Below are positions 9,197 to 15,848 of a stretch of DNA of 24,000 nt, in pieces (the stretch's first letter is position 1; each line of letters starts with the position of its first letter). The notes under the pieces were generated by a model. That model saw only the letters and a program-made list of their open reading frames with translations. It was not told the origin of the DNA and did not search any database. Both the position numbers and the translations under genes were made by a program. Origin of the DNA: Bacillales bacterium UBA3375 (lineage in GTDB: Bacteria > Bacillota_I > Bacilli_A > UBA3375); NCBI GenBank assembly GCA_002359095.1, contig DEQD01000035.1, forward strand, positions 17,440-41,439. Reading direction: 5' to 3'.

Positions 9197-10105
9197 ATGG
9201 AAATAGTTAATATTTTAAATCAATATAATGTATATATTAAGGAAAATATAATTGATGATGTAATAAGACAATTAGATGATAATTGTCTAATTATTAAAGA
9301 TAGTAACATTAATCTTAATGTTACTTCTTTTGATATTAACGTAACTGAAGCTAATAAAAATTTAGATACAGTTAATAAATTGTATGATTATTATTTAGAA
9401 AATAATGTTAATCGTAAAAGTACAACAATTATTGCTATTGGTGGTGGATGTTTACTTGACATTGTTGGTTATAGTTGTGCTACATTTATGCGAGGTATTA
9501 GGGTAGTTTATATTCCAACAACACTACTTGCTATGGTTGATGCGTGTGTTGGTGGAAAAACTGCAATAAACTATAAAGGTTATAAAAACTACATAGGTAG
9601 TTTTTATCAACCTGAGTGTGTAGTAATAGATCAAAATTTTTTAGATACACTACCTATTAGAGAATTTAATTCTGGTATGGCAGAAGTAATCAAGTATGGT
9701 TGTATTTATGATAAAACATTACTTGATTACTTACTAAATGATGAAGTAGATATTAACTATATTATTAAAAGAAGTTTAGAGATAAAAAATCATTTTATAA
9801 GTAAAGATGTGTATGATAAAGGTTTACGTCAAGCTCTAAACTTTGGTCATACATATGGTCATGCAATAGAAAGTTATTATGATTTTAAAAAATATACACA
9901 TGGTGAAGCAATAAGTATTGGAATGAATTTAAAATGTAGTGATCCTCTACTTAAAGAAGTGTGTAAAAAATACGATTTACCTATCTACTTAGAAGAAGAT
10001 ATTGATTTAGATAAATACTTATTAAAAGATAAAAAGAATGATGGTCAGATTAATTTTATTAAACTAAAAAGTTTAGGAGAGGTAGATGAAACTAGACTTA
10101 AATAA
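9197..10105 (+). CDS. aroB: 3-dehydroquinate synthase (short form)
   Basis: GGGCLLDIVGYSCATFMRGIRVVYIPTTLLAMVDACVGGKTAINY (NAD-binding region), metal ligands in NFGHTYGHAIE and HGEAISIGM. 302 aa. Confidence 0.88.
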   Translation: MEIVNILNQYNVYIKENIIDDVIRQLDDNCLIIKDSNINLNVTSFDINVTEANKNLDTVNKLYDYYLENNVNRKSTTIIAIGGGCLLDIVGYSCATFMRGIRVVYIPTTLLAMVDACVGGKTAINYKGYKNYIGSFYQPECVVIDQNFLDTLPIREFNSGMAEVIKYGCIYDKTLLDYLLNDEVDINYIIKRSLEIKNHFISKDVYDKGLRQALNFGHTYGHAIESYYDFKKYTHGEAISIGMNLKCSDPLLKEVCKKYDLPIYLEEDIDLDKYLLKDKKNDGQINFIKLKSLGEVDETRLK

Positions 10106-11234
10106 TATAAGTGTTGATTGTAATTATTCAAAGTCGATAATGCATCGTATTTTGTTTTGTGCACTTTTGTCAAAATCAGTTACAACAATTAATAATGTAT
10201 CTTTTAGTGATGATGTAAAAACTACAATAGAAGTTCTTAAAAATTGTAATTGTAAAATTACTTATAATGATAATCAGATTGTTGTTGATAGTAGAGAAGT
10301 TAAATTGATTAACAATCAATTTGACTTCAATCAATCAGGTACTACGTTGCGTTTTAGTATACCAGTAATTATTTATCTATTTGGTGAAATTAAATATAGT
10401 GGGGAAGAAGTATTAATGACTAGACCACTAGATATTTATGAGCGAATATTTGATGCCAAAATAGAGGGTAAAAATGGTATAATAAAAGGCGGTTATGTAT
10501 TAGATGAGTACATAATTGAGGATAATAAATCCTCTCAATGTATAAGTGGTTTATTATTTGTTTTACCACTTCTTGGATTTGATACAAAAATCGTGATTAA
10601 AGATAAAGTTTCTTATAATTATATATTAATGACGATTAATGTATTAAAAACATTTGGCATCAACATTATAGTTGAAAATAATATTATCTATATAAAAGGT
10701 AATCAAGAATATAAGCAAAACATAGAGATTGATAATGAGGTAGATGAAAGTAGTCTTAGCTACTTAAGAGCTCTTAATTTTGTTGGTTGTAATATTAAAT
10801 ATAAAGAAAATATTGAAACATTACAACCAGATCATTGTTTAGTAGATATACTAAAAAATCAACCGCAAGTTATAGATTGTAACAATTGTCCGGATTTAGT
10901 ACCGACATTAGTATTTGTGTGCAATTATTTTGATAAGCCAACGACATTGGTTGGAATAGATAGATTGAAATATAAAGAATCTAATCGCCTAGAAGCGATA
11001 ATTAATGTGGGTGAAAAATTAGGACTTAATTTAAAATATAAAAATGATAGTTTAGTGATTACTCCAAATAATAATTTAAAAGCTTGTAGTGTTAGTAGTT
11101 ATAATGATCATCGGATTGCATTGATGGAAATATTATTTTCAACCAAAGTTAATGTTGATATTGATAATATAGAGGTCATTGATAAGTCTTATCCTGAGTT
11201 CTTAGCAGTGATTAAAAGACAAGGAGATTTATGA
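10086..11234 (+). CDS. aroA: 3-phosphoshikimate 1-carboxyvinyltransferase (EPSP synthase), class II-like, short form
   Basis: SKSIMHRILFCALLS (Lys of the S3P/PEP site), QSGTTLRF (class II-like GNSGTT.R motif), KYKESNRLEAI, NDHRIALM. 382 aa. GGAGAGG SD upstream; overlaps aroB by 20 nt. Confidence 0.85.
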   Translation: MKLDLNNISVDCNYSKSIMHRILFCALLSKSVTTINNVSFSDDVKTTIEVLKNCNCKITYNDNQIVVDSREVKLINNQFDFNQSGTTLRFSIPVIIYLFGEIKYSGEEVLMTRPLDIYERIFDAKIEGKNGIIKGGYVLDEYIIEDNKSSQCISGLLFVLPLLGFDTKIVIKDKVSYNYILMTINVLKTFGINIIVENNIIYIKGNQEYKQNIEIDNEVDESSLSYLRALNFVGCNIKYKENIETLQPDHCLVDILKNQPQVIDCNNCPDLVPTLVFVCNYFDKPTTLVGIDRLKYKESNRLEAIINVGEKLGLNLKYKNDSLVITPNNNLKACSVSSYNDHRIALMEILFSTKVNVDIDNIEVIDKSYPEFLAVIKRQGDL

Positions 11235-12184
11235 GAAAATTCTTAAGTGGAGTGCCGATTCCAATGGCTGGTGTTGCTTTAGGGTTTACGGTACTAGGAA
11301 ACTTATTAAATGATTATTCAACTTATCTACGAACAGCATGTGGATGTATTGCTGGAGCAATAATCATTTTAGTATTAATGAAATTTATATTTTGTTTTAA
11401 ACAAGTACGAGAAGATTTTAAAAATCCAATCATTGTTAGTGTAAGTGCAACTATTTATATGGCATTTATGCAACTTGCTGTTTACTTAAATGGTTTAACA
11501 TTTATACCAAACATTTACATGATTAGTAAAACGTTATGGTTTATAGGTGTTATTATGCACTGTATAGTCATAGTATATTTTACTTATAAACTAATAGCTG
11601 AATTAAAATTACACCATGTATATCCAACCTACTTTGTAACATATGTAGGAATTGTTGTAGCTAGTGTTACAGCACCAACATTTGGAGAACAACAATTAGG
11701 TAATTATATTTTCTGGTTTGGTTTATGTGCTTATATTGCTGTATTTTTATTAGTTAGTTATCGTTACTTGCGTCATGAAGTAGAAGAAGCTTCAAAACCT
11801 TTATTTGCCATTTATACAGCACCAATGTCATTATCTATTGTTGGTTATTTAACAATTTCAAGTAATCCAGATCCAATGTTTATGTTAACGATGGAAGTAC
11901 TTGCTCAAATTTTATATATTGTAGTATTATTCCAAATACCTAAAATTATCAAATTACCTTTCTATCCATCATATGCAGCACTAACTTTCCCTATGTGTAT
12001 TACACCGTTTGCATTGTTAAAAACAATTTCGTTTTTTGAACAAAACTTTTCAGCAAACGTATCGGGAATTGTAGCTTTAATTTATGTAATGGAATTAACA
12101 ATTGCAATTTTAATAGTTGGTTATGTATTTAATCATTATCTTAAATTCTTATTTAACAACTTTAAAAAATCAATGAAAAAATAA
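11231..12184 (+). CDS. TDT (TehA/Mae1/SLAC1-like) family transporter, about 10 TM
   Basis: 317-aa polytopic protein. N-terminus MRKFLSGVPIPMAGVALGFTVLGNLL and overall topology resemble the Firmicute TDT-family proteins that are often mislabelled exfoliative toxin A/B. ATGA start/stop overlap with aroA. Confidence 0.65.
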   Translation: MRKFLSGVPIPMAGVALGFTVLGNLLNDYSTYLRTACGCIAGAIIILVLMKFIFCFKQVREDFKNPIIVSVSATIYMAFMQLAVYLNGLTFIPNIYMISKTLWFIGVIMHCIVIVYFTYKLIAELKLHHVYPTYFVTYVGIVVASVTAPTFGEQQLGNYIFWFGLCAYIAVFLLVSYRYLRHEVEEASKPLFAIYTAPMSLSIVGYLTISSNPDPMFMLTMEVLAQILYIVVLFQIPKIIKLPFYPSYAALTFPMCITPFALLKTISFFEQNFSANVSGIVALIYVMELTIAILIVGYVFNHYLKFLFNNFKKSMKK

Positions 12185-12191
12185 TAAAAAT

Positions 12192-12217
12192 AAGTCCGAT
12201 TTTAATCGGACTTTTTT
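12192..12217. terminator. Bidirectional rho-independent terminator (ends the long + strand operon and the minus-strand tRNA-His)
   Basis: Perfect 9-bp stem AAGTCCGAT (12192-12200) / ATCGGACTT (12205-12213) with a 4-nt loop. Followed by T6 on the + strand, and preceded by an A-rich run that gives ATTTTTATT on the minus strand. Confidence 0.85.
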
Positions 12218-12231
12218 AATTTTAAAAAAAA

Positions 12232-12308
12232 TGGGGCGTTTGACGGGGTTCGAACCCGCGCATGCCGGAACCACAATCCGGAGTGTTAACCACTTCACCA
12301 CAAACGCC
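12232..12308 (-). tRNA. tRNA-His (anticodon GTG) with genome-encoded G-1 and 3' CCA
   Basis: The reverse complement reads GGCGTTTGTGGTGAAGTGGTTAACACTCCGGATTGTGGTTCCGGCATGCGCGGGTTCGAACCCCGTCAAACGCCCCA. It has a 7-bp acceptor stem plus an extra 5' G opposite C73, anticodon stem CCGGA/TCCGG with loop TTGTGGT, a GTTCGAA T-loop and a terminal CCA. Confidence 0.95.
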
Positions 12309-12326
12309 GTATATAACAACATTATT

Positions 12327-12335
12327 ATTATATCA
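12327..12335 (-). promoter_or_regulatory. Candidate extended -10 promoter for tRNA-His (TGATATAAT on the minus strand)
   Basis: The minus strand reads ATGACA-18 nt-TATAAT with a TG at the extended -10 position. The -10 ends about 18 nt upstream of the mature tRNA 5' end. Confidence 0.55.
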
Positions 12336-12381
12336 TAAAGATTTTTTTATTGTCATAATATATGAAATATTTGCTATATTG

Positions 12382-12390
12382 TGCTAAAAT
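12382..12390 (+). promoter_or_regulatory. Candidate extended -10 promoter of the amino-acid permease gene (TGCTAAAAT; a second overlapping candidate TGCTATATT lies at 12372-12380)
   Basis: A TGnTAWAAT element sits 22 nt upstream of the ATG at 12412, followed by the AAAGGA SD at 12402-12407. Confidence 0.55.
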
Positions 12391-12411
12391 AAAGCATATT
12401 GAAAGGATTAT

Positions 12412-13770
12412 ATGGAAAAAAAGATTACTAGAATGCAAGCATTTATGACAGCAGTCGGAATTATGATTGGTGTTGGTATCTACTTTAAAGCTGATGATAT
12501 TTTATTGAAAACAAATGGTAATTTTGCCCTATCAATGTTAATTTGGGCAATTATTTGTATTGGTTTTGTTCTTTCAGGAATTGCAGCCACAGCTATTGCT
12601 CAACATGCAAATCCTGAAGGGGGACTAGTAGGATACTATGAACAATTCTTTAGTAAAAAGCTAGGATTTGTTGTTGGATGGTTTCAACTATGTGTGTATA
12701 CTCCAGTAATGATATCAGTACTAGCAAGTGTTGTTATTAACTATTTTTCAACAATAATTGGAATTAACCCAACTCAAGAAGTTAAATTATTTATGGGGAT
12801 TGGATTAATTTTAATCGTTACTTTTTGGAATTACTTATCTACAAAATTAGCTACTCTAATTTCGGTTAGTGCAACATCACTAAAAGTAATTCCATTAATT
12901 CTTATATCAATCTATGGGTTATTCTTTGGAAATTATGAGTCTATTAATTTAGCAACAAGTAGTCAACATGCGATAACAACGACAACGATGTTAGCACCGT
13001 TTATTGCTATTGCTTTTATGTTTGATGGATGGATTAATGTATCAAGTTTAGCAGTAGATATGAAAAATCCTAAAAAAGATTTACCGATTGTGTATACTGC
13101 TAGTATTATTGCTGTTTGTATTGTTTATGTAGTTTACTTTGTTGGTGTTAACTTGTTATTACCTACAGAGCAAATTATGAATTTAGGTAATGATTATCTA
13201 TTTACAATCTTTAATCAAATGTTTGGAGTAGGAGCAGCCAAGTTTGTATTAGTGTTTGTGGTAGTATCAGGTATTGGTACTCTTAATGCGATCTTTATGT
13301 CAGGAAATAGATATATTGAGAAATTAGCAGATGATAACTTAATGTTTTGCTCTAATTTCTTTAAAAAAAGAACAAAACAAGATACTCCATTTAATGCAAG
13401 TATCTTAACCGTTGTCTTTACTATTATCACTTTTGTTATTTTATACTTACAATCGACTAGATTTAGTATTAATGGTTATGAAGTATTTAATGGTATTTTA
13501 TTAGAAGATGCTGTTGTAGCAATTTCTTCTACAATTACTGGTTTAGTTTTTTTAATCAACTTTAAGTTATATAAACAAGGTAAATTAAAAATGGGTAAAG
13601 GTATTATTATTCCAGCTATTGCTTTGATTTTCCATTTATTAATTCTTTTTAGTTTTTTAATTTGTTCGGAAAACATTATTAATAGTGTCGGAAGTATTAT
13701 ATTAATCGGATTAATTATCTTAGTAGGATTGTTCATTAATCGTAAAGAATTAAAGAAATTTAGTAAATAA
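12412..13770 (+). CDS. APC superfamily amino acid permease (about 12 TM)
   Basis: 452-aa polytopic protein. N-terminal ...MTAVGIMIGVGIYFKA... resembles the GxG-containing TM1 of APC permeases. Length and topology are typical. Substrate unknown. Confidence 0.75.
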   Translation: MEKKITRMQAFMTAVGIMIGVGIYFKADDILLKTNGNFALSMLIWAIICIGFVLSGIAATAIAQHANPEGGLVGYYEQFFSKKLGFVVGWFQLCVYTPVMISVLASVVINYFSTIIGINPTQEVKLFMGIGLILIVTFWNYLSTKLATLISVSATSLKVIPLILISIYGLFFGNYESINLATSSQHAITTTTMLAPFIAIAFMFDGWINVSSLAVDMKNPKKDLPIVYTASIIAVCIVYVVYFVGVNLLLPTEQIMNLGNDYLFTIFNQMFGVGAAKFVLVFVVVSGIGTLNAIFMSGNRYIEKLADDNLMFCSNFFKKRTKQDTPFNASILTVVFTIITFVILYLQSTRFSINGYEVFNGILLEDAVVAISSTITGLVFLINFKLYKQGKLKMGKGIIIPAIALIFHLLILFSFLICSENIINSVGSIILIGLIILVGLFINRKELKKFSK

Positions 13771-13774
13771 TTAT

Positions 13775-13805
13775 AAGGCAATCGTTAAGATTGCCTTTAT
13801 TTTTT
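13775..13805 (+). terminator. Rho-independent terminator after the permease gene
   Basis: 9-bp stem AAGGCAATC (13775-13783) / GATTGCCTT (13789-13797), 5-nt loop, then TTTATTTTTT. Confidence 0.85.
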
Positions 13806-13843
13806 GACTAAATGTAGAAAAAACAACAAAATTAAATATTATG

Positions 13844-13852
13844 TGCTATAAT
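13844..13852 (+). promoter_or_regulatory. Extended -10 promoter of the PTS gene (TGCTATAAT)
   Basis: Perfect TGnTATAAT element 38 nt upstream of the start codon. The only TTGACT hexamer (13804-13809) is 37 nt away, so this is probably a -35-independent extended -10 promoter. Confidence 0.65.
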
Positions 13853-13857
13853 ATTTA

Positions 13858-13871
13858 TGAAATCGTTTTCA
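13858..13871 (+). promoter_or_regulatory. Catabolite-responsive element (cre, CcpA operator) overlapping the predicted transcription start of the PTS gene
   Basis: TGAAATCGTTTTCA, preceded by A, satisfies every fixed position of the cre consensus WTGNAANCGNWNNCW. It is near-palindromic and begins 6 nt after the -10 hexamer. Confidence 0.7.
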
Positions 13872-13889
13872 TAGATAGAAAGGACATGC

Positions 13890-15761
13890 ATGAAAGGTTT
13901 AAAATCGTTTTTCTCTAAAGCTGGACAAGCATTTATGCTACCAATAGCATTATTACCAGCAGCAGGGATGTTACTTGGTATTGGAGATTCGTTTACTAAT
14001 GAAACATTTTTAGAACAATACCCTAATTTAATTTTCCTTCAACAAGGTAACTTAGGATACAACATCTTAAAAGTTATGTCTGTTGCAGGAAATATAATTT
14101 TTGCTAACTTACCATTGTTATTTGCAGTTGGGTTAGCGATTGGTTTTGCAAGAAAGGAAAAAGGTGCAGCAGCTCTATCTGCAATTATTGGTTACTTTGT
14201 AATGTTAGTAGTAGCAGCAGAAGTGTTAAGAATGCTAAATTATGATCCTAATATCTTTAATTTAGGGTTCTTAGATTCAGGACTTCAAGCTCAAACTAAT
14301 GATTATATATCAGCACTAATTAATTCTACTTATGGAATTGAAGGTGGAATGATTCCAATTGAAACAGTAATGAATATTCAATCGGCTAGTGATGCAGCTA
14401 GTGTTGGAATGATTGATGTTATGAGTATTGATGGAACTCAATTTATTCAAAGTGTTGATGGTGGTATGTTATATGAAACATTACAAGAGATGCCTCTTGT
14501 AGATGGTCAAATTACATTATTACATCAACCAGGAGCGTTAACTAATACGCTAAATATTGATAATACATTAAGTATGGGGGTATTTGGTGCAATTCTATCA
14601 GGGTTAGTTACAGTGTATCTTCATAATAAATTTATTGATACTGAATTACCTTCAGTATTAGGTTTCTTTGGAGGACCTCGTTTAATTCCGATTTTAGCAG
14701 CTCTTGCTGGAATCCTATTAGGTTCAATTTGTGCCTTTGTATGGCCATTAATTGGAACTGGTCTTAGTATGTTAGGTGAGTTTATCTCAGGTCTTGGTCC
14801 TACTGGTTCATTATTATTTGGTTTAATTGAACGAAGTTTAATTCCATTTGGATTACACCATGTATTCTATACTCCGCTGTGGCAAACAGCTGTTGGTGGT
14901 AGTGCAGAAATTTCCATTAATGGAGTAGAAGAAATATTCTACGGAACACAAAATATGTTCTTTGGGTACTTAGAGGCTGGTGATTTAGAAAACTATACTT
15001 CAACTAACTTTATGAGTGGTAAATATCCATTTATGATTTTTGGATTACCAGGAGCAGCACTAGCTATGTATAGTGTGGCAAAAGATAAAAACAAAAAAGT
15101 AGTTGGAGGAATGTTATTATCTGTAGCAATTACTTCAATGCTTACAGGTATTACAGAACCATTAGAATTTACATTCTTATTCTTAGCTCCAATTTTATAT
15201 TATGGAGTACACGTACCTCTAGCAGGTTTATCATTTATGTTAATGGACCTACTAGGTGTTAAGATTGGGATGACATTTAGTGGAGGTTTAATTGACTATA
15301 CTATGTTTGGTATTATTCCTCAAGTTACAGGTCAAGATGTACATGCTTGGAATGTAATTTTAGTAGGTATCCCTTACTTCTTTATTTACTTCTTATTATT
15401 TAGATTCTTAATCATAAAATTAGATGTTAAAACTCCGGGTAGAGGTGATGATTTAACACTAAAAACTAAAGCAGATTTTAAAGCACAACAAGAAGGTAAA
15501 AGTGAGAGTGGATTAACTGCTCAACAAGAAGGTATTGTGGAAGCTTTAGGTGGTGCTGATAACATTAAAGATTTAGATGCTTGTATTACACGTTTACGTG
15601 TAACAGTAAATGATGCTAGTAAAGTAAAAGATAATGATTATTGGGTAAATAACTTAGATGCTAAAGGATTAGTAGTACAAGGAAATGGTATCCAAGCAAT
15701 ATATGGGGCAGATGCTAAGAAACATAAATCAGCTATAGCTCAAGCTCTAGGTTTAGATTAA
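13890..15761 (+). CDS. PTS glucose/maltose-family transporter, fused EIIC-EIIB (no EIIA domain)
   Basis: Collinear with PtsG-type EIIC (AGQAFMLPIALLPAAGMLLGIG, FANLPLLFAVGLAIGF, FGLIERSLIPFGLHHVFY, LTGITEPLEFTFLFLAPILY, KTPGR linker). The C-terminal EIIB has the phosphocysteine motif DACITRLRV. 623 aa. Confidence 0.9.
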   Translation: MKGLKSFFSKAGQAFMLPIALLPAAGMLLGIGDSFTNETFLEQYPNLIFLQQGNLGYNILKVMSVAGNIIFANLPLLFAVGLAIGFARKEKGAAALSAIIGYFVMLVVAAEVLRMLNYDPNIFNLGFLDSGLQAQTNDYISALINSTYGIEGGMIPIETVMNIQSASDAASVGMIDVMSIDGTQFIQSVDGGMLYETLQEMPLVDGQITLLHQPGALTNTLNIDNTLSMGVFGAILSGLVTVYLHNKFIDTELPSVLGFFGGPRLIPILAALAGILLGSICAFVWPLIGTGLSMLGEFISGLGPTGSLLFGLIERSLIPFGLHHVFYTPLWQTAVGGSAEISINGVEEIFYGTQNMFFGYLEAGDLENYTSTNFMSGKYPFMIFGLPGAALAMYSVAKDKNKKVVGGMLLSVAITSMLTGITEPLEFTFLFLAPILYYGVHVPLAGLSFMLMDLLGVKIGMTFSGGLIDYTMFGIIPQVTGQDVHAWNVILVGIPYFFIYFLLFRFLIIKLDVKTPGRGDDLTLKTKADFKAQQEGKSESGLTAQQEGIVEALGGADNIKDLDACITRLRVTVNDASKVKDNDYWVNNLDAKGLVVQGNGIQAIYGADAKKHKSAIAQALGLD

Positions 15762-15766
15762 TAATT

Positions 15767-15803
15767 AAAAGTTCTTAGAAGTGATTTCTAAGAACTTTTT
15801 TTA
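15767..15803 (+). terminator. Rho-independent terminator after the PTS gene
   Basis: 14-bp perfect stem AAAAGTTCTTAGAA (15767-15780) / TTCTAAGAACTTTT (15786-15799), 5-nt loop, and a T-run extending to 15802. Confidence 0.9.
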
Positions 15804-15823
15804 TTATTAAACTAGATATAAAA

Positions 15824-15832
15824 TGCTATAAT
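15824..15832 (+). promoter_or_regulatory. Extended -10 promoter (TGCTATAAT) upstream of the FemAB-family gene
   Basis: Perfect TGnTATAAT element 17 nt upstream of the ATG at 15849 and downstream of the PTS terminator. Confidence 0.6.
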
Positions 15833-15848
15833 TATATTAGGTTTAATT

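Noticed and set aside
10974-10988. AroA has KESNR where many EPSP synthases have KE(S/T)DR, raising the question of a catalytic Asp lost
   Set aside because: As far as I recall, Asn/Glu variants at this position occur among bona fide EPSP synthases. All other motifs are intact, so this is not enough to call inactivity.
11232-11234. Possibility that the organism uses genetic code 4 (TGA = Trp), as true Mollicutes do
   Set aside because: All genes give full-length products under the standard code. TGA terminates aroA at the expected C-terminus, and Trp residues in conserved motifs (for example GRWGNF in Lgt) are encoded by TGG.
13215-13781. Two minus-strand ORFs (71 aa and 101 aa)
   Set aside because: Both are antisense to the APC permease gene and Ile/Asn/Lys-rich. 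The second would run through the permease terminator hairpin. No independent support.
13804-13809. TTGACT hexamer as the -35 of the PTS promoter
   Set aside because: It lies 37 nt upstream of the -10 hexamer, far outside the 16-18 nt window, and it overlaps the T-tract of the upstream terminator.
12309-13889. Riboswitch, T-box or attenuator leaders upstream of the amino-acid permease and PTS genes
   Set aside because: The predicted leaders are only about 15-35 nt, too short for T-box or riboswitch folds. The only structured elements are the terminators of the upstream genes and the cre palindrome.
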